A stretch of DNA of 64,000 nt from Chiloscyllium plagiosum (lineage: Eukaryota), in the NCBI RefSeq assembly GCF_004010195.1, contig NC_057719.1, positions 69,061,773-69,125,772 of the forward strand, given 5' to 3'. Below the pieces are notes generated by a model. That model was given only the letters and a program-made list of their open reading frames with translations, was not told the origin of the DNA and did not search any database. The translations under genes and the position numbers were made by a program. Positions 10,173 to 22,127 of this stretch are shown here, one piece after another; within the stretch, counting starts at the first letter, position 1; every line of letters begins with the position of its first letter.

Positions 10173-11593
10173 ATGTACTGCCTGCAGGATTTCCCTGCGG
10201 CAGGCTATTTCGATGTGACCTTCAGGAGCATGAAGAATTGTGAGCATCTCCTGAAGGTCTTCAAGGAGAAGGAAGGGGAACCTCTGTTCTCCATCTTGTC
10301 GGCGGTCCCGTTGTGTGTGCTTCCTGCGCAGAGGAATCGGGTTGTAACAATCCAGATGTACAACCCTCACGTCCCAGCAGCAGATGTCCTGACCTTCTTG
10401 AGAAGATATGTCCAGGTCGAGGGAGAAAGTACCGATGTGGTCGATCCTTTCGGGATCTGGACCAGCAAACGACAGGTCAGGGTAACTCTGAGGGTGAATG
10501 CCACTGGGAACATCCTCCACCCACCCTCCAGCTTTGCCATTGGAGGAAGCAGACGTTACCTGACATACGCAGGGCAGCCCAAAATGTGCCGAACCTGCGG
10601 GAGGTCAGGCCACATGGCGGCGGATTGTAAGGTGACCGTCTGCCGAAACTGCAGGCAGGAAGCCCACCTGACCAAGGAATGTAAGGAGGCCAAGAACTGT
10701 AATCTGTGCGGAGAGGCGGGCCACATGTACAAGGCCTGCCAAGAGGAGGGGCCGCCACCAACACACAGATGGCCGGAGGTGGCAACACGAGCCGTGGACC
10801 GCCTAAGACCAGCAAGATACCACAAAACAGCACGGGAACGGTGTCTGGAGGTGCCCAGAGGGAAGGGCAGGCTGTAGCGGAGCAGACGGCAGACAGTGGG
10901 GAAGGTGCAGCAGCCGATCCAAGCTCCTTCAAGACAGACGGAGGAAATGGAAGAGGAGGGATCAAAAGAGGCAGAGGATTGGATTACTGTCAAAAACAGG
11001 AAGAGGAAACCTCACCAGGCCCCTAAAGCCATCCAGCGAAGGGGGAAGCGACACCTACACAACGGTGATACAGGCAGCTCTTCCAACGGTGAGGGTGGGC
11101 GCAAGGGGTGTCATCACCAGAGGAAGAGACAGAGCGCCGCGGGGAGAAAGGAGGGCGCACCGCCCAAGCAGGAAAAGACGATCCCTCTGAGGGGATGGGG
11201 ATGACGCGAAGCCGACCAACAACACGGCCTCCCAGTCGTTCCTGTCCTCTATCACGGAGGTCTTAGACGACAGAACACGGGAGAGGCTGGACCAGCCGCT
11301 ATCTCTCCCCCCCACCTGGTGAGAACCAAGAGGTACCCACCGGCCCACAGCTCCAGGTAACTGGGAGCAGCGGTCCTGTGACAGCCCCGCTGTCAGATGG
11401 AGAACTGGGCTGTGTCGACCCTGGGCCCGACCCGAAGATACCAGAGCAGGGAAATGGCCCCAGCATGGAGCCAGACAGCTACCTCAGCCCTGGGAGGGTC
11501 CAGCAGTTTGTCATCACCACCGGGATGCACACAGCTACCCCAGAGGGGCAAGACCAGCAGCAAATGGACACTGTTAACCTTGTAAACTGTTAA
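10173..11593 (+). pseudogene. Tx1 ORF1, second segment (from the YCLQDF motif), frameshifted
   Basis: 10173-10877 frame with three CCHC knuckles. It duplicates 5308-6619 and carries an ORF2-derived patch at 11201-11306. Confidence 0.88.
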
Positions 11594-12725
11594 AATGGGG
11601 TTAAAAATTGCCAGCGTCAATGTGCGTAGCATCAAATTGGCTACGCAATGTGTTTCTACGATGGCCTTCCTGGCCAACGTTAAAGCCGACGTCCTGTTTC
11701 TGCAGGAGTGTGGGATACCGCACCTCAGCAGCTACAGGAGATGGTGAGCTTGTGGGCCCATGGGCCGTCAGTTTGGTCAGGGGGCAACGATAGCCGCGCC
11801 TCCAGCCTGGGTATCCTGTTGGGAGGAGGCAACTTCACCATCTCCGAGGTTAAGGAGGTGGTGCGCGGGCGCCTTGTCACCGACGTCATGTACAGGAATG
11901 CTCCCCTGTGACCGGCGGGGGGGACAGTAAACTGGACACCACGTCCAGAGCCCTGATGGACACAATAAAAGATGCCTAGCTGCACGATGTCTTCAGCACC
12001 ACTACAGACAGAGCCCAGTGTAGATACATCTGGTCACAGGCAGACGAATCTATCCGCTCAAGGATAGATTACCTGTTTGTGTCCCGAACGCTCTCGGTCA
12101 GACCCACCGATGTCAAGCCGGTGTTCTTCTCTGACCACTGCCTCCTGCTGGCCGACTGTCACCTATAGGACGAGCAGCGGGCTGGTAAGGGAACGTGGAA
12201 GCTGAACACAAAGCTTTTGACCCCGGGAAACATTGAGGAGCTCAAGAGGGACTACACAGGTTGGAGAACCGTGAAGCCCCTCTTTGAGTCCCCAGCAGAC
12301 GGGTGGGAAACAGTAAAAGGGAACATCAAGAGGTTCTTCATCCTCAAAGGTGTTCAGGAGGTGAGAGAGAGGCGGGTAAAACTGTCCCAGCTCCAGGAAA
12401 GTTTGCAGAACCTGCTTCTGCTACAGATGATGGGGGTCGATGTCATGGAGGACCTCAAGGAGGTGAAGGGCCAGCAAGCCTCGTTCTTTGCCTCGGAGGC
12501 CTCCAAGATAATCTTCTGGTCCAAGGTCCGCTCCGTGGAGCAGGACGAGATGTGCTCACATTTCTTCTTCCAGAAGGTGCACAAAGAGAGCTCCGTGCTC
12601 AGCAGCCTGAAGGAAGAAGATGGCTCGGTAACGTCATCTCAGGCTGACGTCATGAGGATCAGTAAATCCTTCTATGCCAGACTGTATGACGCGAAGCTGA
12701 CCGACAGCGCGGCCTCCCAGTCGTT

Positions 12726-13118
12726 NNNNNNNNNNNNNNNNNNNNNNNNNNNNNNNNNNNNNNNNNNNNNNNNNNNNNNNNNNNNNNNNNNNNNNNNNNN
12801 NNNNNNNNNNNNNNNNNNNNNNNNNNNNNNNNNNNNNNNNNNNNNNNNNNNNNNNNNNNNNNNNNNNNNNNNNNNNNNNNNNNNNNNNNNNNNNNNNNNN
12901 NNNNNNNNNNNNNNNNNNNNNNNNNNNNNNNNNNNNNNNNNNNNNNNNNNNNNNNNNNNNNNNNNNNNNNNNNNNNNNNNNNNNNNNNNNNNNNNNNNNN
13001 NNNNNNNNNNNNNNNNNNNNNNNNNNNNNNNNNNNNNNNNNNNNNNNNNNNNNNNNNNNNNNNNNNNNNNNNNNNNNNNNNNNNNNNNNNNNNNNNNNNN
13101 NNNNNNNNNNNNNNNNNN
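12726..13118. other. Assembly gap (N run)
   Basis: Run of N. Confidence 1.
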
Positions 13119-13985
13119 AATGGGTGGGAATCAGATAGCTTCCCAGTCAGATCTGGAGTCAGGCAGGGCTGCCCTCTCTCTCCTGCCTTGTTTGTGTGCT
13201 GGATAGAGCCATTTGCCGAGTCCATCAGGAAGGATGCGAGATGAGAGGGATGACTATTCCTGTGGTTAAGGCCTCCCTGTACATGGACGACATCGCCATT
13301 TTCTGCTCGGATCTGCTGTCCGTGCATTGACTCTTGTGCATATGTCCAGTTCGAACAGGTCTCGGGGGCCAAGGTAAACCGAGGCAAGAGTGAGGCCATG
13401 CTCTTCAGGAACTGGGCCGACCAATCCTCGATCCCCTTCACCGTCAGGACCGACCACCTGAAGGTGCTGGGTATTTGGTTTGGGGGGGCTGGGGCGTGCG
13501 CAAGTCTTGGGAGGAGCGTATCAGCAAAATGAGGCAGGAACTGGGCAGATGGAAGCTACAGTCCCTCTCCATCGCAGGAAAAAACCTGGTCATCAGGTGT
13601 GAGGCCCTGTCATTGCTGTTATATTTGGCACAGGTCTGGCCTATTCCCAGAACCTGTGCCGCTGCAGTCACCCGGGCCATCTTCCAATTTATATGGAGGT
13701 CAAAGATGGACCGGGTCCGAAGGGACTCGATGTACATAGCTCTGGACAATGGGGGAAAAAACACATTCAATGCCACCCTCACCCTGATGGCCACCTTTGT
13801 GTGCGGCTGCATCAAGCTGTCCGTGGATCCCCGGTATGCAAACACCAAGTGTCACTACGTACTGAGGTTCTACCTGTCCCCGGTGTTGTGAAGGATGGGC
13901 CTGGCCTCGCTGCCGCGGAACACTCTGAGTCGTTGGACCATTCCGTATCACCTGTCCTTCGTGGAGAAGTTTATGAAGAAAAACA

Positions 13986-14005
13986 NNNNNNNNNNNNNNN
14001 NNNNN
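13986..14005. other. Assembly gap (20 N) with duplicated flanks
   Basis: ~13862-13985 is repeated at 14006-14129. Confidence 0.95.
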
Positions 14006-15254
14006 CTGAGGTTCTACCTGTCCCCGCTGTTGCGAAGGATGGGCCTGGCCTCGCTGCTGCGGAACACTCCGAGTCGTTGGACCATTCCGTATCACCTGTC
14101 CTTCGTGGAGAAGTTTATGAAGAAAAACACCTTTGATCACAAGTCCATTAGGAAGTGGTCAGCACGTAGTGTCCTTGAGACCCTTCGGGAAAAGGAGAGG
14201 GCGGATCCTATCGAGCGGTTCCCTGAGCAGACTGTCAAAGTCATTTGGCAGAATGCCTCATCGCCAGAACTTTCCAACAAGCACCAAGACATGGCTTGGC
14301 TGATGGTGAGAAGGACTCTGCCTGTGAGATCCTTTATGCACGCCCGGACTCTCTGCCGCACCGCACGCTGCCCTCGAAGCGGCTGCGGGGGGGAGGAGAC
14401 TGTCACACACCTCCTTCTGGAATATGCCTACGCATAAGAAGTCTGGAGAGGAATGCAGTGGTGTTTGTCGAGGTTCGTCCCGAGCAGCGCCGTGACGCGG
14501 GACTCCGTGCTCTACGGCCTGTTCCACGGGACGAACATCAACTGTGCCTGGAGAATCATCAACTCGGTGAAGGACGCTCTGAGGGCGATCCGAAACCTGC
14601 TGATCTTCCAGCTGAAGGAGTTGACCCCGACTGAGTGCTGCAGACTGACACATTCCAAGGTCCAGGACTACGTGTTGGGGGACATGCTGAAGCTTGGGGC
14701 AGCTGCCGCCAAGGCGCGGTGGGGAAAGACCACCGTGTAACATCTGCCTGCCTAAGAAGAACAGGGGGCCCACGCAGTCATTCCGGCTCTGCTGACGCCT
14801 CAGCTAATTATATGGATATATGATGGATAAACGTACAGATCTGTATATAAAAATGATAAATTCTGATTTCTGTATGTAAATGTTTACGTATGTATGGCAT
14901 GACCGACTGTACAGACCATCAAATTATTTTATGAATAAAGCATATTTTTGAAATAAAAAAACTCTAACATTTATGTGCAAGGTACACTTTAATGAAGATA
15001 TCATTTTTGACGATGCTCATTGCTAATCATCAGTATTTTCAGAAACAGCCGCAAGCACTTTTTTTTTGCTGCAGTTTACAGAGAATGTTAGAACAAAGTT
15101 TCAGTTTAATAAGTGAGGCACATCCTTCAATTCACTAAGCGAATGTCCCAGTCGGCGTGAGGCAGCATGAAATCTAATCAGGCGGCGATCTTATTTTTCA
15201 CATAAGCTTTCCGATACTCTGTTGAGTGCCCCCTGGGTAGCATTCTTAATACGT

Positions 15255-15329
15255 TATTTAAATTAGATCTGCGGATTTCGGGGCTTCACAATATAACCCG
15301 GTCGCACGCAGACTTCAGCCAAGGTGAGT
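15255..15329 (+). promoter_or_regulatory. Candidate promoter and short non-coding first exon of paralog 1
   Basis: TATTTAAA at 15255-15262 in a locally CpG-rich region, then a strong donor AAG|GTGAGT (GT at 15324). It pairs plausibly with the acceptor at 15787-15788. Confidence 0.45.
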
Positions 15330-15838
15330 TAGCACCCAAATAAACGCAAGATCTAAAATTAAAAAGCAACTGGAGAAACTCAGCAGGTCTAGCAGAGAGA
15401 CAACTGTGTTCTGAAGAGGTCATATTGTTAATTGCTGCCAGTCTTGCTGAGTTTCTCCATCATTCTTTGACACCCTTTGGTAAAGAGGAGCGGGCGAGAC
15501 TTTGATTTAGTGAAGCAAATTGCTTCCTGAAGTAATTCTTGCGGGTTCCTTTATATTTTTGAAAAAGAAGATAGTCTTGCGGGCGGGGGGGGGGGGGTTA
15601 GAGGGGGAAGCCTTTCCCCGCTTGGTTTGCTCAAGACTCCTTGCTATGAGCGGGGTGAAACCCCTCTCCTAAATGTTGTGTAACCTGTCCCACCACACTC
15701 ACTTCACCTGGCTACCGATGTTGGGCAGTTTGTTTGTAAAATAGCACCAGGTACGCGCGGCTTGTTTGTGGCGCCTTCCATTCTGCAGCCCTTGGGATTA
15801 ACCCCGAACTATCGTGTCAGTTTCCAGCTGAAATCGAC

Positions 15839-16054
15839 ATGGACGTGAAGGACATCCTGTGGTCCATTTTCTGGTTCTTGGTGCTCATCCACCTGGCCTG
15901 GCCGATCAGTATGTTCTTCGGCTTCCTGTACGGTTTGGTGTCTCCCCTGACTACCTGCGTGGGGCTCGACAAAGTCACCGAATTCTTCTTGTCAGGCGCC
16001 AGCCTGGGTCGCCTCTGTGCGGAGAATATGAAGTCCAGCAAGTCGCTGTGTTGA
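15839..16054 (+). CDS. Uncharacterised 71-aa hydrophobic membrane microprotein, paralog 1 (possibly caveolin-related)
   Basis: Good Kozak context (GACATGG). 43/71 identical to paralog 2 and 32/71 to paralog 3. Acceptor CCTTCCATTCTGCAG ends 15788. AATAAA at 16332-16337. Confidence 0.88.
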   Translation: MDVKDILWSIFWFLVLIHLAWPISMFFGFLYGLVSPLTTCVGLDKVTEFFLSGASLGRLCAENMKSSKSLC

Positions 16055-16923
16055 AAATGTGCAGCTTTTACTGAAAAACAAACTCGTCTCGTTGCGACCA
16101 ATTCACCGACACCGAAAACTCTGAAGTTCACGAATTCTTAATCCCGGCGCCCTACCCTATACTTTATCATTCCTCTTTTCAAAGTAATTTCCACCATGTA
16201 TAAACATGTTTAATAACTTTAATATGTTTCGATTTGCCTTTCTGATGGGGGCAGCCTACAATTTCCAAACTTCTGCACAATTTTAATAACTTGGAAATGC
16301 TAAATTTGTACTTGTGTTATTTAAAGTTAGTAATAAATCGCTCCAGATTACAAATGACCTGTCTCACATTAATAACTTTTAATTTTATTGCCCATTTAGA
16401 TGAGCTCCACAGTGGATGGGTAATTTGTGTCGTTTTGGAATCATATGCAAAGTATGAAGTGGGTAGTTCCAATTAGTTTTGATGTTAACTGCTCCTCGAG
16501 AGTGGGTGCTGAAACAAGTTGTGTTTATAACACGGTTATAACTTGCTGTAATCTGTCCACATTCCATTTCAATACAGTATGGGAGTTATTGAAAATGATT
16601 GACAGATCAGTGGTAAAATCTGTTAAATAAAAACAAAACGCTGTGGATACCAAACAGAAAGTGGAAGAAATAGCAGATCTGGCAGTATCTGTGGAGAGAA
16701 ACTGAAGTAATGTTTTGAGTCAAAATGTCCTTTAATCAAAAATCTGTTTGCCCCATGGATGACAGCTAAATCTAATGCAGAGTCGATAAAGTTCACACAA
16801 TGTAACATTATTGAAAAATATAAAAAGGGCAGAGATTGTAATGTGAGTTGGCAGAAGGTGGACTCAGCATCTACAATGTATGTTTTTGCCCCAACCAAAT
16901 ATCACAATATATCGCAGGGTGTG

Positions 16924-17230
16924 GTCATAGAATCATAGAATCCCTACAGTGTGGAAACAGGCCATTTGACCCAACAAGTCCATACTGACCCTCTGAAGAG
17001 TAACCCAACCAGACCCCATGCCCTATTACTGTACAGTTCCCCGACGATTGCAACTAACCTACACATCCCGAACCTTATGGGCAATTTATCATTGCCAATT
17101 CACCTAACCTGTACATCATGGATGTGGGAGGAAACCCCACGCAGACACAGGGAGACAGTCGCCTGAGGCTGGAATCCAACCTGGGTCTCTGGCACTGGGA
17201 GGCAGCAGTGCTAACTACTGAGCCACCATC
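16924..17230 (-). mobile_element. HE1-like SINE with internal deletion
   Basis: Reverse complement of the 2365/18277 family. Confidence 0.75.
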
Positions 17231-18276
17231 TCGTGTTGTCTTTGAGCATGTTCTTTTAATCCTTGATAAAGATGCAGGTATTTGACTCCTACATCTAGAA
17301 CTCTCATTTCTGGTACAAGACTATCGCTGCTGATTATTCTTGGTTTTCCTGGCTATGTTAAGGAGCCAGAGTGTTTTCCATTCCCCACTTGCTATGCTTA
17401 CTTGGTGCTTGATTTGTTTCTGCACAATTGAAACTGGTGTACTGAAATTAATATTCGGTCTGCTAGCACAATGAGTGCTTAAAGACTATAACAAGCAAAG
17501 GAAAGGCTTTTTTTTTTCATCTTGGGCAGCATCTCCATCACTATGGTAAAAGCAGCAAAATGGGACCAAATATTGGTGCCACATTTCTTCCCTGTTAACT
17601 CTTGGCAACCATTAGTATTATCATCGGAAGTTCAACCTTAAGAGTGAATGTTTTAATTTTGAAGGTATTTTAGTGACTGGTACCAATAGCCTTTGAATTG
17701 CTTTGTGTACATTCCACCTTTAATCAAATGACAGCTCAACCACTATAGCAATGAATTGACTGTCTGAGCTACTTTGGACAAATAACACACTTGTGAAAGA
17801 AAAATATTCCATTTGCTGGTCATAACTGAAATAAGGTTCTATTAACCTTCGCCATTGTCATAGGGATTCAAATTCATCCGTTTATCATCTTGATGGTTCC
17901 AGTTTACCTGTATGTAGTTCATATCCCTTCCTTAAGCTGCAGTAAACCTCAAGATAGCTTGTTTTAAATGTATATCATTGAGGTAAATGCTGCAACTCCA
18001 ACAAAAATGGAATTACAATTATATTATTCAAAGGCAAACTGATGCCATGACTTAACTGTGAGGTAGTCAGAATGTCAAGAATACTCAGCTTGTTACAATC
18101 CATCATTTCTTTGTTGGTCCTCTGTAGGAGCAATTCACTTAGTACCATTCCCTCACCTTCTCCTTGTAACTTTACCTTTTTATCTTTGCAGATATTGATC
18201 TAATTTTCTTCTAAAAGACTGAATTGATCATGCCTTTAGCACACTCAGGCAATGTTTCCCAGATCTTTTTTTTTGT

Positions 18277-18603
18277 GGGCGGCACAGTGGCACAGTGGTT
18301 AGCACTGTTGCCTCACAGCGCCAGAGACCCGGGTTCAATTCCCGCCTCAGGCGACTGACTGTGTGGAGTTTGCACATTCTCCCTGTGTCTGCGTGGGTTT
18401 CCTCCGGGTGCTCCGGTTTCCTCCCACAGTCCAAAGGTGTGCAGGTCAGGTGAATTGGCCATGCTAAATTGTCCGTAGTGTTAGGTAAGGGGTAAATGTA
18501 GGGGTATGGGTGGTTTGCGCTTTGGCGGGCCGGTGTGGACTTGTTGGGCCGAAGGGCCTGTTTCCACACTGTAAAGTAATCTAATCTAATCTAATCTAAT
18601 CTT
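18277..18603 (+). mobile_element. HE1-like SINE, well preserved, (TAATC)n tail, inserted in an old CR1 fragment (~18080-19200, minus)
   Basis: GTGGCACAGTGG A-box, GGTTCAATTCC B-box, conserved centre and TAATC repeats. Confidence 0.88.
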
Positions 18604-20568
18604 AACCACTCATTATGTCAAGATGTGCATCTTTTCTAATTACCTTTAATCCATGCCCTCTGGTTCTTGATCCTTTAGACAATGGCAACAATTGTTTTCC
18701 ATCAACTCTGTCCAGATCTCTCATGATTTTGAATACCTCAAAGTCTATCTCAAACTTCTCTCCAAGAAGAACAGGCTCAACTTCTCAAATCTATCTACAA
18801 AACTGAAGTTCCACATTCTAAGATCTTTTCCGTATTTTCTTCAATACCTTCATTCACATCCTTCCTAAAATGTGGCATCCAGAACTAGGCACAGTTAAAG
18901 CTGAACCAGTGGTGTTAGAAGTTTAACATAACCTGATGAAGGGCTTATGACCAAAACATTGACTCTCCTGCTCCTCGCATGCTGCCTGACAGTACCGCAC
19001 TTTTTGACTCTGACTTTTCAGCATCTGCAGTCCTCACTTACTCCTAGAATGCTCCAAGCTGTATTAAGCACACTCTCAGATTTATACAGTTACATGCCTA
19101 GATCCCTTTGCTTATGCATCTGTTTGGAACAAGATCTTACAATTTATTTTGTCTTGCCGCATTCTTCCTGTTCCAGTGAATCACTTCACACTTCAATACT
19201 GTCCACCTTTCTTTCTTGAACAGCCTTGCATTTTCCTTTCTTCATGTTCTGTTTTAACGACTAAGGGAGAGTTCAGGAGCCAGGAGCAATGAGATATGGC
19301 ATAATTAGTTTGAGATTTGAACAGCTCACAGCTTCAATTGAATTCTCTCGTTTTTTAACCAGAGATCATTTTTAGTTATGCATCTTTATAAAACCCTTCA
19401 TAATTTTGAAGAAATATATCATACAACTCATTTTGCCTTCTCTACTACAGTGGAAATAGTCTAAGTATCTCTTATGTCTCCTCATGACTTAGATTATTAT
19501 CCCCTTTATCACTTTGATGAATTTATGTCACTTATATGGCTTTTCCACAAATAAAATGTATGTGTGCTGTCCTATTGCCTGTGATCGGTATGCCTTGTAA
19601 CAAAAAAAAACTGTGTTTACCATTTTGAAATAATTTCACAGCAAATTTTTATGAGTTTAAAAATAGTGATTTATTCTCACACTCTTATCCCACACCAAAC
19701 ACAATATGTGGAATCTTGTAGGAATCTGAGTGAGGTGGGCTGTGGTGAGATTTGTGGCATAACTGGATGACACGTTCAGCAAGATCCATACTGATATGGG
19801 GACTAGCTTGTTGCATCTTTTATGCTTTATTACAAACAAAGATGCACATTTGTGTTCATTTTTTGTGTGCCCAGCAGTGCTCTCACCCACATTTGAGCAA
19901 TGCTCCCCCCACCAAAATCACTGTGGCTTTGTCTTTTAAACTACTAAACACCAGCAGTAAAAACACCCCTGTAGCCAATTAAATATTTACATGCAAGGTC
20001 TGTTCAAGGCAATGTAACCCATCAAAAGTGAGTGGAGGTTTGGGAGAGTGGAAAGGGGCTAAATCAAAAAGAGGTAAATTTCTTGATGGGCAGCAACAAA
20101 TTGTCAATTAAAGGGGATTATTGTTTGATAAATAATAACTCTTTCCACTAATATTCAGATTTCAATCCTACCAAACTCATCAAACAAGCTAGAAAACATG
20201 ACATGGAAGTTAGAGTGGATACCTGACAAATGCAATTTGCCGCTTGCTCCAAAGAGCATCAACACACTGGACACCTGGCACTAAGAACTCAGGACATGCT
20301 CCATTAGCACCGTCCGAGCACTCTCCATATCCATGGGCATTGGCAACATTCACGGCACGTCTTCAATCCACTGACGGGCTGTTTCTGCATTTCAGTGCTG
20401 AAAGATGGGCTGCACTTGCAATTATCATTGTAATGCTGCAGCAAGGTCACTCTGCAATCAGGGATGTGCACCCAGCTCGAAGACTGGGCCAGGTTGTTTC
20501 TCTGGTAAATATACATTTCAGCATATGCTTTAAACGTGCTCGGTTTCAAATAACTCCTTCAATGTTTT

Positions 20569-20867
20569 GATTAGATTCCCTACAGAGTGGAAACATGTCC
20601 TTCGGCTCAAACCGACCCTCTGTAGAGTAACCCACCCAAGATCCATTTCCCTCTGACTAATGCACCTAACACTATAGGCAATTTAAGCATGGTCAATTCA
20701 CCTGCCCATCTTTGGACCGTGGGAGGAAACCTGAGCACCTGGAGGAAACCCACGCAGACACGAGAAGAATGTGCAAACTCCACACAGACAGTCGCCCGAG
20801 GCTGGAATTGAACTGGGACCCTGGTGCTGTGAAGCAGCAGTGATAACCACTGACCCACTGTGCTGCC
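20569..20867 (-). mobile_element. HE1-like SINE
   Basis: Reverse complement of the same family. Confidence 0.8.
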
Positions 20868-21087
20868 AACTGTTTTGATCAAACAGCTCTGGTTTAGAGC
20901 TTTCAAACTAAATTTCTTACTCTGAGGGAATCTTTTCTTAGCCATTCCAAAGTACCTCCCTTCTTTATGAGTAATTGTCTTACACAAAAAGCTTCAGCTA
21001 AGAATTCTGCAAAATTGCTCAGCTGAAACCCATTTTTTCTCCACACTATGTATGTTTTCCCTGATCAAAAGAGGAACAAAATCCCTG

Positions 21088-21275
21088 TTGAAACTTTATT
21101 GCTGGAACAGCACAGCAGGTCAGGCAGCATCCAGGGAACAGGAGATTCGACGTTTCGGGCACAGGCCCGAAACGTCGTATCTCCTGTTCCCTGGATGCTG
21201 CCTGACCTGCTGTGCTGTTCCAGCAATAAATTTTCAACTTTGATCTCCAGCATCTGCAGACCTCACTTTCTCCCC
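21088..21275. mobile_element. Foldback Penelope-derived short element
   Basis: Near-perfect palindrome centred at ~21162. 14-bp TSD GAACAAAATCCCTG (21074-21087 / 21276-21289). Confidence 0.85.
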
Positions 21276-22127
21276 GAACAAAATCCCTGACCTACTAAAC
21301 TGTAGACATGCTAAATTGAGTAATTGTGGGACTTACGCTCTAATTCGGAAGGAAGTGCCACACACAGGAACAGCTGACCAATTTGATTGTTTGGCAGCTC
21401 TGTTACTCCCAGCAGCGCCAGAGTCAGGAAGTGGCCTGAGGAGGATCGTGGCTGCCACAGAAAGGTAAATCTTGGGGTTTTACAATGGGGAGGGATCATA
21501 CTGTCCCTGCATTTTGAGAGTGGGGGGTAGGGGGGAAGGTGTCTGGGCTCTAAATTCAGTCAGGCAGGTGGGACAGCTGCAGTAAGGGTGGAGTGACATT
21601 TTGGATGGGTGCTCCGATGCACAAATGGTACCTCCTTCCTAGTTTTTGTTCATCAGTTCTTTTTTTAAAGAAATGGACCACCCCAGTGCCGTACAACTGC
21701 AGACACCATTCATGTAGTGGCACAGGCAGTGTATTATCAGAGAAAAACAGGAAACTGCTGGTGCTGTAAATCTGAAACGAAAACATGAATTACTGGTGAA
21801 ACTTAGCAGGTCTGCCAGCATCTGTGGAGAGAAAGCAGAGTTAACATTTCTTGATCAGTGACCCTGCTTCACTACAGCAATTCCTTTCTTTGTTTCAGTG
21901 AGGATTCTAGATAATCCAAGATGGAGGATGGGAAAAGTTGTGGTTGTAAGAGCTGCTCCTTTTTTGAGGTATTCTCAGTGTTAGAGCAGATTTCCTCAAA
22001 TTCTAGGAATAGTAATTACTGTTTTATAAGCTGTTGTATTATTTTGGAACTTTGGGGAAAAAAGATCAAAACAGCAGCTCTTTTAAAAAAAAGAGGAAGT
22101 CAGACAAAGGCAGAGACCACATGGGAG

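Larger units (their letters stand above)
11595..14740 (+). pseudogene. Tx1 ORF2, second copy, with an endonuclease-region deletion, stops and two assembly gaps
   Basis: ATG at 11595 directly after the ORF1 stop. About 140 bp are deleted near 11910 relative to copy 1. C-terminal CPRSGC...ETVTHLL zinc-finger-like motif. Confidence 0.88.
4445..14961 (+). mobile_element. Tx1-clade non-LTR retrotransposon composite (Keno-like, U2-derived 5' head), nested/tandem and inactivated
   Basis: 9-bp TSD CTCTAACAT at 4436-4444 and 14962-14970. ORF1 has three CCHC knuckles; ORF2 has APE endonuclease (FLQE, GDFN, SRIDY, SDH) and RT (WRPISLLN, DQEKAFD, GVRQGCPLSP, YMDD) motifs. AATAAA+poly(A) 3' ends at ~5307, ~10172 and ~14961. 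Confidence 0.92.

Noticed and set aside
10173..10877. Host zinc-knuckle (ZCCHC3-like) gene
   Set aside because: It is Tx1 ORF1: duplicated, frameshifted and directly followed by EN-RT.
12217..13441. Long ORFs (329 aa plus, 260 aa minus) in the track
   Set aside because: Their length comes from reading through the N gap; the real parts are Tx1 ORF2 fragments.
13862..14129. ~124-bp duplication in ORF2
   Set aside because: It flanks a 20-N gap and is most simply an unmerged contig overlap or allelic difference.
18277..18350. tRNA gene at SINE heads
   Set aside because: The tRNA-like head runs into the SINE body and tail, with no complete cloverleaf or terminator.
21046..21290. Recurring small ORFs such as LLEQHSRSGSIQG / CCLTCCAVPA on both strands
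   Set aside because: Translations of the palindromic Penelope-derived repeat, not a protein family.
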